A stretch of 59,067 nt of DNA, counting the filler, from Sphacelaria rigidula (Eukaryota): NCBI GenBank assembly GCA_964200075.2. It is 3 parts of 3 records of this genome, joined end to end, with 100 filler letters (N's around TTAATTAATTAA, not from the genome) between each part and the next. Parts side by side here need not be neighbours in the genome. Positions count along the whole stretch, not along the records: positions 1 to 19,638 come from CAXNAA020000637.1; positions 19,739 to 39,356 come from CAXNAA020000638.1; 1 more part is not named here. The stretch is one strand, 5' to 3'. This document shows, one piece after another, positions 11,400-24,749 of this stretch. The stretch's first letter is position 1. Every line of letters begins with the position of its first letter. A program made the translations under genes and the position numbers. A model generated the notes under the pieces. It did no database searches. It worked only from the letters and a program-made list of their open reading frames with translations, and was not told where the DNA came from.

Positions 11400-14300
11400 T
11401 TGATCTTGATTGTCGCACATTAATTGATCAAGCCGTGATCGTATGATGGACGTATCCGGGCTGTAACAAAACGGAAACATTCACTGAAGGAACGTGAAGA
11501 AAACAGAAAGGTGGAACAGACACAGAGAGCAGACTGTGAACAAAACTCGAACCCGAACCCGAACCCAAAAATAAAGACCCCCCCGAAAAATACACATGGC
11601 CGGCCTCTGCAGCCTGGCTTCAGGTGGAGAAGGGTTTGCCCAGCAACGCACGCATTCAATTCAATCGAGAGAAGAACAAGAACCTGTGGTGACCGATTGC
11701 GGTTCATCTATTTTGACCACACTATTTCGGGAATGAGCTCTCACCCATGAGCCGTCCGGCAGCGAGGCACCAAGCTGCCTGCGACTCGCAAACACTGGGA
11801 GAAAATAACACACATGAGAGAGATAGAGAGAGAGAAAGAGAGACGGGCAGAGAGAGAAACAGAGAGGGAGACTACAGAAGTGATGGAGCCCAACGACACC
11901 TTACAGTAAAGTAGGTATGAACACACAGACTACCGAACACCCCAAGGCTACCTACCAAAGACAAAATCAACATCTGCTAGGAAAGTACAGGGGTACATTA
12001 ATTTCCTATTTAGCCGAATTTTCCCCGTTCATCCCGGGTCGGGTACAAAGCGGGTCACCCTCTCGGTCATTTTCATCCAGGATTCGTTGCGGGCTGCTGC
12101 TGTGTTGTCTTAGCGGTGGCAGCTCCCCGATCGGGGGCTTCCTACGCACCAGCCCCTCCTTCGTGGCGGAGATCCGATTCGCGTTCGTCTCCTCGTCGCC
12201 ACGTGTCCTCGAATCCTTCCGCCCCTTTCCCGACTCTGACACGCCATTTGCCCATGTCATGTCTTGACCGGAGTGACCCAGTCGTGGGCGCTAACCTCCA
12301 AATCGTAGACACCAATTCTGCAGTTCTCCTTTGCGTGGAAGGACCCCTAGTGCACGTAGGTTCTTCTGAAGGGTGTCCCCCAGTGTTTGGGAGGGCGACC
12401 GGCCTCCTTGGGCCCCTGTGCGGCTAATCGTCCGTGCATGGCGCGTTTTGGGAGACGTGTTCCATCCTGTCTGGCAAGGGCCCCCGCGAAGCAGAGCTGA
12501 CGCTTGCGGGTCGTCGTCTCAATACGTTCGCAGTTCGTCATCTCGAGCACAACTCTGTACGCACCAAAGGGTGTTGAAGCCCGTTTGGCCCTTCCTGCAG
12601 GATCCAACCACTCGAAGCAAAAGCTTGTGGTCGGCAATGCGCAGACTGTCGGAGCACTCCGAACGCAGCGTCCATGCAGCACGCCAGTACAACAGAGCTT
12701 CCATCACCTTCGCTTTAAGCAGTCGGACTTTTCAAGAATACCGGGCGTTTCGTCGATCGTAGAGATGGAAACTATACTTTCGGACACGTGCCCACGCCGT
12801 GCTGATGCGGCACTTGATTTCGATGGCAATTCTCGCATCCGCGCGGTCATCACTACCAAAGTAGACACTCTTGGCTGTGTGCTAATACCGTTGACCGACC
12901 GCGCTGATATGCAGGGGGGTCTCCGCGGAGCTGGGTTCTGAACACAGGCTCATGGACTGTGACTCGCTCTCCGATACAGTCAACCCGAACTCCAGACACG
13001 CCAACGCTACCACGGCCATCATGTTAGCAAGCCCGTCTAGGGACCTCCAGACTATGCCGGCGTTATCCGCATACAGCACTGCCCACACCGCGAACCGTAC
13101 CTTCTCCAGCTGTGTCTCTTCCAGAAGTTCACCATGGTCACATTTTGGGGAATTTTCTAGAAAAAGTAAGTTAGAGACGATGGCTGAATCCGCCGCGAAC
13201 AATTGCACGATCATGTCGACGAAGGCTGCGCCAAAGATGTCGGACTACGGCCGGGACGAAACGCGCCGTTGTCTGAGTCCTGCAGGGCGTGGAACCACGC
13301 TGATAGTTCGCCGTCTTCAAGCTGTACCCGAGCTCGCACACCGCCGTGAAACATGCGGATGACCGTGATCATTTGCGGCGGGATTCCGAACCGGGTAAAT
13401 CGTAGGTCCTCTGCAGGTCGATGAAGCACATCTTTAGTGGGACATCACTCGCCCATCCCAACTCCTGCAGTTGGCATACCACGAATATCATGCCCGTGGT
13501 TGATTGTTGGCGCCGGAATCCGCCGGAATCCGCACTGCTCCTCTGGGAAGATCCCTGCCTCCACGCCGGCATTACCGAGCCTGTTGGCTACGCTTGTGAG
13601 GATAACTTGACCAGCACGTGGCACGAGTGAGATGCCCTTGTACTCACTATATTCTGCTCAATCATTTGTGTAGCACTTTGATGGTGGCATCTTTCCACTT
13701 CCGCATCTCAACGGACGTTCAAACCGCAGCAATGATGCTGTGGAGGTGATGCAGAATCTCCGAAGGCTCCCCGTTCAGTCCAAGCTTCAAGAGGCCAACA
13801 GGTAGATCATCCGGACACGTCATTTCGCCATCCATCAAAGCTCTCGGCGCTTCCTAAGTTTTACTTGGGCTTCATGGGTCTCCAAGTGACACAGCTATCG
13901 ATCTTTGCGGACTGATATCGATGACGGGTGGGTACACAGTCAACAACGTTGTGGTAAGATGGAGAGTAGAGCACTGATTGAAAGTGGCTTTGACCATTCG
14001 CTTTAACTTAGCCAATATTTCATTCCGTGTGTGCTTTTCTTCGCCTGTAACGCCGGCGTATGCTTACAGCTACACGTCGATATCCTACTCAGGGATGTCA
14101 AGGGCCTCGGTGGAAAGCCACTACAGGAAGCATATCGGGCCTCGTGGAGGGGTATTTCGGGCCTGAAACGATCCATTCACTAATTGATCGCTTCTCACTC
14201 TAAATATTATACTCTCCTCTCATTCTCAAGAAAACATTGTTAGTTGCCGATATGGCCTCCAGCAAGGTGGAAAAGTGCGGTCCCCACCTCTCACAAAGTA

Positions 14301-16260
14301 AGCGTTCATCTCGCACCATGTTCCCATCCTCATCTTGGATGTACTGCTCGCTCTCAACCTTTCGTCTCGTTAGTCTCTACCCTCTTTTCAGGCGTCTATA
14401 CTACGATTCCATCTCCCACGCATAATATACTCCATCATTTCTCTAGCATACACAAACCAGGTGCCAGTCCACCCCAGCGTGGATCACCTCCTTCACTTTA
14501 TTGCATGCCGCTCGCGATGTGCACCATGTGGTTTCATATCTCTAGAGTCCAAGTCGCACCGTCGATCTCGCCCTTTCTATTTTATTATAGGCTCGTTCGA
14601 ATCCCGTTCGGACGACAGCATCCTCGAACCACCACCGGCAAGCGTGGTTTTCGGATCTGACGGAGTGCCACCTTCACAGCAGCAGTCAAGGAAGAGTACG
14701 TCGGCAAAACTTCGCAGCCAGTTCCCTCAACGAATCGCCAGTTGTTCCCTGCTTGAGGTCGCTGACCAAGGGTTGCGTGAGTTGCTCACAACTGTCGGTG
14801 TCAGATATTCTTACCCGTCCATCGATCGATTTGCGCCTGATTGGGACTCACCTACATCTCTTGTATCAAAGCGACCAAGGAGTCGCACTGAGACGCAAAA
14901 AACAAATGTCGTCAGAGTCAGGCGAGTTGGGAAGTTGAAGGTGGACGATGATATTGTGAACAAGCCTGCGGTGATCTTGCCGTGTGAGGATGTAATCAAG
15001 GCGTTTTTTGTCCACGAGACGATTGGCAACATCGCTGAATGTATGCCATGTGCTTCCCTTGGGAATGGAAAAAAAAAACGTGCTGACAAGGGCAAGCCCG
15101 TAGTCACCTTTAAAACGGTAGCCAAGAAGTGCCACTAATGTTGTCGATCCGGGAATCCCGGCCATATGTCCTCCCTATTGTACATGTTTCCTCGCCTGTT
15201 CATGCCCCAGTTCTAGCGTTAGCATTCATTGACATAATCAGGTAGTGTTTGTTGAGTTCTCGGTTCACAGTTCTGTCCATCTCAACCCAGAACGTATGTC
15301 TCTCTTCTCTTGACCTCTTTGTATCTGTTGGGGACTAGGGAACTACAAACATGGCAACGTTTGATTTGCCTGCGAGGTTGAAAGTCATCGACATGAGGCG
15401 TTCGCTGAATAACTTCTGAGTCCACGTCGCCTTATTGATGACCGACTCCTTGACCGCCAACCCAACCCCATATTGTCCAGCCCGTCCCTTGCTCGCTTCC
15501 GCCCCGCCGCGGAAAACACGGTATCCCGCGGCAGCGAGCTCGGTTCGACCCGACCTTTTTGTTTCCTGCAGTCCAATGACGTGACACCCCACCGCCGTAC
15601 ATTTTTGCAGGACCACCTCAGCATGCTCAGCCCCGTTCTTTCCCGTCAGGGACAGTGTACGGACAAGGTAGGCCACAACGTTTGGCTCCTCTACACACAA
15701 TCTGGCTGTAGCGTCATCTATATGAACACGTTTTCTCTTTGTTCTGGCGTCCTTTGAGGGTCTAGTTCTCCTTATCTCACGTGTGATTCTTGTTTATGTT
15801 CCAATTTTCCCATGGGACGTGGCACGTCGGTCACGGTATTTTCCTTTCGTTTTGGTTTGGCGCGGAAGGTGTGGTGCAGCCTTCACAGCCCATGTCGGCC
15901 GCTAGCTCTAACCCGCCAGACCTGGTATTTGCTCACATGCGTCTCATCTCCATCAACAAGCTTTCCGTGATAATGCTCCAACTTCGGATAAAGCTCTGCA
16001 GCTGCGGGATTGGGTCCAAATCCAAGCACAGGTTCAAACCCTGCAGCTGCAGGGTCGAGTTTGGAGGTCAACAATGTCTGCACGACCAACCGCCTGGATG
16101 ATGTGCTGTATCAACGCCGACACAAGAAGCACGCTATTAATAGTCTGTAGGTCCCGTCACTCTCTCCTACGCGTGGTTGTGTCGTTGGGTTGCTGGTTGG
16201 GGTTAGCTTACCCCAACGAAACCATCCCCAGTCCGGCCGCGGTCGGAAGTAGGAGACGAC
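11400..16260 (-). mobile_element. Degenerate, near full-length RTE-like LINE (APE + RT)
   Basis: APE: VIGLQETKRSG (15335-15700) and LDYILTR (~14990). RT: MCFIDLQ and VLYADNAG (12882-13570). C-terminal RLPKRAMHGRL. 3' motif ATTAATGTGCGA shared with ~37610. Many stops and frameshifts; outer limits approximate. Confidence 0.9.
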
Positions 16261-17856
16261 GTGAAATCAGCACACAAACACGTCAAGCATGAGATTTGAC
16301 CCTTTTGGCACTCACAATGGAAAATTGATCATTTGCAATTGGCGGTTTTTGAGCAAGATATGGTTGATGGTTCACAGCTTAGACGCAACAATTTTGGCTC
16401 AACGCGTATTTTTCAGACCCGTGCGAGTGACAAGTGAAACAAGAGAAGGTTTCCTCTTCTCTTGCTGCGGCGAGGTCCAGAACCCGTCGGCGTGTCTTTT
16501 CTACACTCATGAGCTCCTTCCCCGGCCAAAGTGCGCGGCAAGCCTCTGTGAAGCATGCTTCCCGCCTGACCTGCACGCCCTTCCCGCTGCAGTTTGTACT
16601 CTTCGCAGCGTCGTAGCAACAAGGGCAACGCCGATGGCACATTCGCCATATTCATGGACTGGCAGTGTGATACAACCCCAAGCAGTCACCTTTCCATGCC
16701 GCCGGGGGTGCTGCGATACTGCCCTGTACAGTACTGGGTGTGTTTACAGCAGTTTGGGGTAACCTCGACTGCAGACTCACATCATGCACAACATCGCGCC
16801 CATGCACGTTCCAAAAGAACCATCCCGCCGTTTGAAAAAATGCGTAAAGGCGACGCAGACGCCATGTGCCCTGCAGTTATGCACCGTCACTGTGGTGTAG
16901 AGTCTGCCAAGTGCCGTCGCCCCAGGGGTGATGCCTTGCTGCTTCATGTTATGTCTGTACTATATTTCGAAAATATATCGTATTTTGAAATAATCTCGGT
17001 AACATGTGAGGCATGCACAGAACTGCGCTCTGCCAAGCACGTGCCGACAATATCATACTGCGGGTTGACTATTACATTACGGGGTAGCGAAAGGCACAGT
17101 TGCCCCACCACATCTATACCGCGGGTTGAGCGTTCCCGACCGTTGCACCGACATACTTCATGCTGCATGAGGTTCATGACGCCGGCTACCGCTATCGTCT
17201 CGTGCCGTCTACTCTCGCGGCCGACTTTTCACATGCTCATATTTATCTTGCACGGAGTGTTGCCGCAAGTCAATACTGTAACCTAGTGTATTTACTGACT
17301 GTAGTCTTTTTCATCTGGCCTGATTACGGTAGGCGGTGCCCGTTGGCTCCCTCCCGTGTGCATGCATATCACCTGTGCGGACGCCTGCGATTACGCCCGC
17401 CATGTACCGCCCGCACAACCCACTGTGCCTTCCACACTTGGTGACGAGATTTCGCTGGGTTCAGTCATACTATGCTGTATGTACGGTGTGGCTTGGTAAA
17501 CTCGCCACCCGATGCTGCAGCCCGTCAAAGCGGTGCTTCCCTTATCTACAAATGCCAATATACAAACGTGCCCGGTTGGACCCTGGAGCCCATTGCTGTT
17601 TTTTTAATGGAACGTTTCAGAGTGATTTTGCTGATTAATGTCGATGGATACAATTGGACACACTTCATCCGTTGCGTCGTATGATTGGACAAACGTTACC
17701 CAAATTCTTCAGAGAAAACATTCTTCTCCGGTCCTCCATTATGAAAATGGATGCCGTCGGCCTATTCTGTTTCCATCTTTTCCTCTCCGTCAGGGCTTCT
17801 CATATTAAGGCGTTTGACCAGGGGACAGGAGGGGAGGGTTCCAAAAGGTTGAAATA

Positions 17857-18274
17857 ACAGTGGATTCTCGAAAATGGGGTTGGAAAACAAAAATGAGGTT
17901 CAACTGAAAAGTCGTGCTTCCCCCGACCTGAATTCATGACAAACACTTTCATACGGACGACCTCATCCCTTCCGACCACCCTAAAACTATTTCAGAGGAT
18001 TTCTAGCCTTCCGTTTCCCCAAAGGGTATGTACGAAAGTACGATTTTTGGGCCAATTTGTTTTCCCCACCCCGAAACCGAGGCAAAAGGGTGCTTCCGCA
18101 CATACCCTTCGGAGGAACGGAAGGCGAAAAAACCTCCGAAATAATTCTAGGGAGGTGGGGAGGGATGAGTTCGTCCGTATAAAAGTCATTTGTCATGAAC
18201 TTAGGCCAGGGAAAGCACGGCTTTTTGAGTTGAACCTCATTATTTTTTCAACCCTATTTTTGAGAATCCACTGT
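17857..18274. mobile_element. Foldback MITE, 418 bp, TA-flanked
   Basis: TA|ACAGTGGATTCTC...GAGAATCCACTGT|TA; arms stay complementary for ~190 bp. Confidence 0.9.
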
Positions 18275-18999
18275 TAAATGGCGTTTTGTACACAGTAGTA
18301 CAGCGGCCTGCCGATAATAGATGCTGGCATCGCTGTGTCGCTGGAAAGGAGACCTTGGTGATATTGATCCCACAAACGCTGGGCAAAGACCATTGCTTGC
18401 CTGTGTTTTACTCGGGAGATGTGTTGTGCGACGAAGCGTGGACGGCGAATCACCGAGGGTCGCCTTTGGAGAATACAGGAGAAGACACCGCCGTGGGGTG
18501 TTTGCCGTCATCGCTCTCTCCCCCACTCGAAGTTGCACTGGGAAGTGTGATCAAGTGCTCGCAAGTAAGCAAGCTGGACAAATGTGGTGTTGGACGTACC
18601 TGGCGATTATGTGCTCAACTCATGCTTTGGTGCCGGGGCCGTAAAAAAGACGCATTCAAATAGCAACAGTTTGTCATTTCGTGACTATCTTCGTTTTAGT
18701 ATACTTCCATATCTCACAACTATTCCCGAAAACACCCCCTTCTGCAGAAACCCGGAGTCCCGAATCCCTCAGCCACGTGTAATGGTGACTCAATTTGGGC
18801 GAAGTCGACGTTTTTCGCGCATTTTTCACGTGTCAGTCAAGGGTCCATGTGGAGGCTCCGGCACTTCCTCACCAGCAGGAATGTCTGCATCGAAAAGCCC
18901 TCGAGGAGAGCTTCATTCGATGTAAGTTTTCACGTGGGAGGTGCTCCTTCATCAAAGAGAAAACCGAACAGCACGGGGATACGGACGTGACTTTCGGAG

Positions 19000-19061
19000 G
19001 CGCGCCCGATATTCTATCGGTCGAGTGATACCAAGGTGCCCGCGCGGTCCAATATATAATA

Positions 19062-19100
<39 letters not shown>

Positions 19101-19290
19101 TCGGGCCATATATTGTTGTCCGCGCGGTCCTTCATGTATATTCCAAGGTAACATGTTGTTGTTCGCGTTGTCCAATGTATTGATCGGACAACGTGTCGTT
19201 GCCCGCGCGGTCTGGTATATTTTGGTCGGGCAATCATACTGGCGCACCATGTGTGCCGTACCTATATTGGGGTGGCATCAACTTGACGCT
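19000..19290. repeat. Degenerate minisatellite (CCGCGCGGTCC..TATTGGTCGG units) with an embedded (TA)n tract at ~19052-19097
   Basis: Motif recurs at ~19040, 19120, 19163 and 19202. Confidence 0.7.
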
Positions 19291-19569
19291 ACCGTTTTGA
19301 CCCACATTTTGCCGATTCTAGCTTTTGGGTGGCTATTGTACTGTTTGTGTCCGCGGGCACAGATGGTCATGTTCGCCTTGTAAGGAGGGAAAGGTGCACC
19401 TTCACTTTTTACTGCGCTTGTGAATGCCACTGACGGATCAAGACTGTGTTTTAGGACTGGCGGAGGATCACGAAGCCCAGATGTACACTTGACCCTCAGA
19501 CGACAAGCGTCGCCTCAGAACAGCTGTACAGGCTGATAGTCCTGAGACATTCGGGGGTTTTCAGAGCTC

Positions 19570-19638
19570 GGGGGGATGTACTCATGATCATGCATGCCAT
19601 AGTCATCTGACCGTTGACCTCGCAACCCTCCGAAGCCG
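19570..19638 (-). mobile_element. 3' end of a C-tail LINE subfamily, cut by the gap
   Basis: Minus strand reads GGTCAACGGTCAGATGACTATGGCATGCATGATCATGAGTACATCCCCC. Confidence 0.7.
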
Positions 19639-19738
19639 NNNNNNNNNNNNNNNNNNNNNNNNNNNNNNNNNNNNNNNNNNNNTTAATTAATTAANNNNNN
19701 NNNNNNNNNNNNNNNNNNNNNNNNNNNNNNNNNNNNNN
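19639..19738. other. Assembly gap with an artificial TTAATTAATTAA spacer
   Basis: N runs around TTAATTAATTAA (stops in all frames); identical construct at 39357-39456. Confidence 0.97.
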
Positions 19739-19821
19739 TAGGTTTTGGTGGCTTGTTTTACAGCGCCTTTACCACTCGACGCCAACCCAAGAGTCTAGAG
19801 GTGAGGGGGAGAGTGTGACAA

Positions 19822-22800
19822 CAGGGGGGAGGGGGGTACTCATTCGTTGTTCGCCTTAGTCGTTTGACCATCGACCACACATCCCTTTCAAGACGGAGCA
19901 CCGTTCCTACTCCTAATGGAGACACCTTCAACATTCCGGCGCTCATTACGTTTCGTCCATACATTGCACAAAAACCTCTTATATATCTTATCACCGTCCT
20001 GTTTCGCCGTCTCTGGCCACCATCGATCTCTTAGTATAGTCATCGTTTTGTCGCTACTGTCTAGTACATCAAACGATTTCATGCCACCTTCGTTCACGCC
20101 CCGCAATTCCCCCTCTGTAGCACGTCCCGTTCCTCCTTATATAGTTCACATTCTACAACCATATGCCTTCTGCTCCCTATTGCTTTGCCACAGGGGCAAA
20201 CTGTGCATCTACCTCCCCCTCCTCTCGACCACTGGCAAATCTCATATTTCTGGCCGGTCTAGCCCCCCCACCCGAAATCGCAGTTTCGTTTTGTTTCCCA
20301 CGTTCATTGGGCCATGCAAATATTTTTTCACCCCTATCCCCTCTCTCAATAACCCGTATGTCTTCAGGTGTTCTTCCTCGTCTACTTTGTGTCTGAGCGC
20401 TCCTTTCCCTCTTATTTGTACAGTAGCATGTCTCTTACTTTTGTTTTGTACCCCACGCCTTCAGGACAGTACAGTATTTCGTCTTGGTGTCCTCCTACTA
20501 TCACCTGCCATATGTTCTCCACTTTTCTATCCACCTTATTCCAGTTTGCCGTTTCGTTACTTCCTTGCATACAGCCATATCAACTATAGCTGACAATATC
20601 TTTCTCTGCATGTTGTTTGGGCTATATTGCCGTCTCAATTTCCTCATGTCTCTGTTGGTTTCAAGTGGGTGCATTCCCAACTCTGCTCTCAAAACTGTAT
20701 TACTCGTCGTTTTTTCGAGCATCCAAGTACTTTCTTTTCTGCTGCCACCTGTACTGTTTCCAACTTCTTCGCCAACTTCACGTTCCCCTCTCATATCTCT
20801 CCTGCATATTACAGTTTTAGTACGATCACGTTTATCAGGATACATATCTTGATCGTAGTGTCTAGGTACAAGTCACTGAGAATCTCGTCCAACCTGCCTG
20901 TCTGTGTCTTACCCTTTTCTAGTACTTTATTTATGTGTGCATCCCAAGAACAGTTTTTCGATATCTCTACGCCAAGGTATGTATACTGGTGTGCGATCGG
21001 CAGTTCCTCTTCTCCCCACTTCCATTCGGACTCCACCACATTTTTCTTATCTTCGTTACATACGAGTACCGCGCAATTGTTGACGTTGGCTGTCACTCTC
21101 CATTTCCTAGTGTATTCTATCGCTTGCTATATTTCTTTCTGCAATCCTTCTGGTGTTCCTTAAATCCCCACAGAATCACCCGCAAACATCAATCCTAATA
21201 CCATATCTTCACCCACTCTGACATCTTGCTTTGCTGCTTCTATTACTATTATCAGGTTATTGATATATACCTTGAATAAAGTGGGTGATGACGTACCTCC
21301 TTGTGCAACTCCTTGTAAAATATCAAAATATTTCGAGATTTCTCCGTCTAGCATCGTAACACTTTTGGCACATTCTGTCATCTTCACCATTTTCCACATC
21401 TTTCCTCTGATCCCAGGTTCCCACAACTTTTTCCACAGTCCATTTCTCCATACTGTGACATGAGCCTTTTGCACGTCCAGAAAGAAACAGTGCGTTGTCA
21501 GCCCGGCGTCTTTCCTACCTTGAATAATCTTACCTAGTGTGTACACATAGTCTACGCAACCACGGTATGGTCTAAAACCCGCTTGCCACTCGCTGATTTT
21601 TTCTTCTTTTTCAAGCATCGTTCCTACTCTATCGTTCAGAATCTCAGATAATATTTTTCCTACCGTGTTCAGTAGCGTTATTCCTCTATAACTTTCAGGG
21701 CCAGTCTTGTCTCCTTTCTTGAAAAGGTTGACGACTACTCCTTCTCTCCACCTCTTCGGTGTGTCCTCGTTTTCCCAATTCCAGTTATACGGCATAACCA
21801 TCATGTCAATCACCCCCTCTCTCCCTTACTTGAGAAATTACTTCGCTGTTCTGTCTACCCGTGCTGCCTTTCTGTTCTTGAGTTTAGCTACGCATTCCTG
21901 TTACCTCATCTCTGGTAAACTCTTTCTGCAATTGTTTGGAGCCATTATCCTCCCGTTCTGACGTCTCTATATTTGCCTCTGCCCACTCGTTGATATCTTC
22001 TTCGAATCCCCTGTCGAACTGCGTATCAGGTTTTGGCTATCCTGGTTTACTGTAGGTCTCTACTAGCACTTCTCTCTTCCCCTTCGACCTACTGACCATT
22101 TAACCGCTTCCTGCCTGGTTTCTCATGATCCCGTTCATCCCTACCCACATTTGTTTCAACCCGCGATCGAAGTCTCCATTTGGTTTTATTCACTACATCT
22201 CCCCATACTCCCTTCTTTTCTTTTTTACGATATTTTTAACTTCCTTTCGAGCTTTGTTATACACTCCTCCCATCCTACCGTACTTTTACGCAATATGCAT
22301 CTCGCGTGGGCCTCTCTCCATACCCTCATAGCTTCCTGTACTTCCTCATCCCACCATTTTACTGTTCTGTTGCATACGGTCAGTTTCTTCCCTATGAGTG
22401 TACTCGCTATGTCATTGACCAACTGCTCCTATCCTTCTATAATCTTTGCTCCTGCTCGATCTCTTTCCATTTCGGTATCAACTGTACCCAAGTGCTCCAA
22501 CAGCTCAAAAAACTCCACTGCATTTTTGGCCATTTCTTCTTGGAACTCTTGCCGGGTTTTTTTTCATTTCTAGTTTATCGATCCTTTATTTGTACAGCCT
22601 CTTGCCCCGCCTATTTCTTGTAGCTCTCGTCTTTTGGCATTCTGTCCATATTAGGCTATGATCTGTTGTAGTTCCCACGTCCTCCGCACACACATGTACT
22701 TCCATTCATTCAATATTTCCGTTTTCTACCACTATATAGTTAAGAACAGAGCATTCTCTCTCGTCTTTGCATTTCAGTTCACGTCAATTGCGCCCTTGGC

Positions 22801-23520
22801 TTTTGTGCTCTATCGTTCAGTGTCTTTATCTTGTAATCCTCAAGGAACTTGATCATTTCTGACCTATTCTAGTTCTTCTGATCTTCCTCGTATTGCCCAA
22901 TAATATCATTCGGTTGACCTGCTTTTCCTACCCTTGCATTAATATCTCACACAAACATTACTTCTCCTTGCCTTCTTGTACTTGTGTACATCTGCTGCTT
23001 CCTCTCCAAATCTTCGCTGTATATCGTTCACCCTACTGTTGGACCCTGGGGGCATATGAATATTCCTTACGAAGAAGTCCTTCGTTCCCCGCCCTCCTGG
23101 TACCCTTATCCATGTGGTTTTGTCGAATTTCGTGCCTTCGATCACTTCTACGATGTCACACGGGTACTTCTTGACCAAGAATTCTACTCCCCCCGCTTCC
23201 CTGCTCTTGTGATTCTGTTCCTTCCGCTTTTTTCTTATTCATGCGCACTCTTCAACTTTGCATCCCATTTCCGCCCCCTCTTCCTCCCATGACTCTTGGA
23301 TTCCCACTATATCTAGGTCGCGGTTACATACTTGTTGTGCTATCTCTATTATTTTGCGCTTGTCCGTGGCGAATTCAGACACCTTCAACGATCCTATTCC
23401 CAACTTCCTCTCCGAATCATTATCCACTGTATTTTTGTTTACGTTCCTCTCTCCGCCGTTTTTATTTCTATTTTCCCTCACTTGATTCTTCTTTCCGTTT
23501 CCGGTTTGCTATTTGTCTAT
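19822..23520 (-). mobile_element. Degenerate APE-RT LINE (non-RTE family, C-rich tail); ORF2 essentially complete, no ORF1 seen
   Basis: APE: IGSLKV..DLDIVGIQESW (23239-23481). RT: YRGITLL, QAGFR, FLDVQKA, QGVAQG, MFAGD (21160-21813). YTYLGV, a decayed Cys/His C-terminus, and a 3' end GAGTACCCCCCTCCCCCC. Confidence 0.92.
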
Positions 23521-23528
23521 TTGCAACC

Positions 23529-23937
23529 AGGGGGGGGATGCTCGCTTCAGTCGTTCGACCATTGACCACGCATCGCCTTCGAGACGGAGTACTGTTCCTA
23601 ATCCTAATCGAAAAGCCTCCAACATGTGGGCGCTGATTACGTTTCCTCCTTACATTACAGAACTCAAACAACTTTTACATATCTCATATTTTTCCTGTTT
23701 CGCCGCCTGATACCACTATCTCCAAATATAGTTATCGTTCTCTATCTACTATCTACTGTACCAACCCTTGCCATGTCACCTTCGTTTACACCCGACATTT
23801 CCCCTCCCATCACATCTCGTTTCTCCTTGTAGAGTTAACATTCTGCCACGATATGAGTTCCACTCCCTATTGTGGTGCCACGGGAGCAATTACGTGCATC
23901 CACTTCCTCCTCCACTCAACTACTGGCATACCTCTTT
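23529..23937 (-). mobile_element. Diverged 3' fragment of the same LINE family, immediately upstream of the long copy
   Basis: Colinear with ~19824-20240. Confidence 0.85.
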
Positions 23938-23964
23938 CACACGCGGTCATTCGGCTACCCTCAT

Positions 23965-24670
23965 AAAAGCCCTATATCGCGATTTTCATCCTCTCGAGGA
24001 TGAAATACCTTCTAGAGGGTATCTCATCTCCAGGTGCGGTCATGAACGAATCCTCTGGAGGGCATCTGATGCTCCAGTGACTTCTGAGGTCTGAATCCCT
24101 CGAGAGCACACACGCGGCCATTTGGCTACCACCAAAATCCCTCCAGGTCGATCGGCTTTTCGAGCCCCCAGAGGAATCAAGCGCCTCCGGAGGGGTGCGC
24201 GGCCCTCAAGAGGAGATTGTTTGGTTTTTACAAGAGGGATTAAACGCCTTCGGAGGCTGTTTTTACCTCTGGAGGGCCGCGCATCTTTCCGAAGGCATTT
24301 TGCTACCCCAAATTCCTGTGGAGGGGTACGCGGCCCTCCAGGTCGGTAGTGTTCGGTTTCGTCCAGAGGGATTGAAGGCCCCCGGAGTGGCTGTGGAGGA
24401 TCGCGCATCTTTCCGGAGGCATTTTGGGGGATAGCCAAATGGCCGGGTGTGTTGCCAGAGAGGTGAACATACGCGGCCGGTCGGCTACCTCCAAAATTAC
24501 TATGTTCCGGTCAACTTTTCGAGCCTCCAGAGGAATTGACCGCCTCCAGAGGGTGTGCGGCCCTCCACAGGGGTAGGGGGATCAAACGCCTGCAGAGGCC
24601 TGTTTCGCCTCTGGAGGGCCGCGCACCCCTCCGGAAGAATTTGGAGGATGCGCCGCCCTCCACACCACCA
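23965..24670. repeat. GC-rich degenerate repeat block (CTGGAGGGCCGCGCA / AAACGCCTCCGGAG motifs in both orientations), probably a non-autonomous TE
   Basis: Motifs recur many times; termini not defined. Confidence 0.6.
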
Positions 24671-24749
24671 TATTTTTTGTTGCATTCGGTATGTACTACC
24701 GATCGTAGACCAACATACATATACCTCGGCTTAGAGAAATATCAAGAAG

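Noticed and set aside
12006..12260. ORF as the first exon of the paraoxonase-like gene
   Set aside because: Another frame (GKWRVGVGKGAEGFEDTWRR) is the RTE ORF2 C-terminus, and there is no phase-compatible donor.
13972..14187. Insertion in the RTE flanked by CACTGATTGA/CACTAATTGA
   Set aside because: The interruption extends beyond these repeats and has no TIRs, so no element could be defined.
14461..15138. 225-aa + strand ORF (likewise 19916-20593)
   Set aside because: Antisense shadows of LINE coding sequence.
19683..19694. TTAATTAATTAA palindrome (also 39401-39412)
   Set aside because: Artificial scaffold spacer inside N runs.
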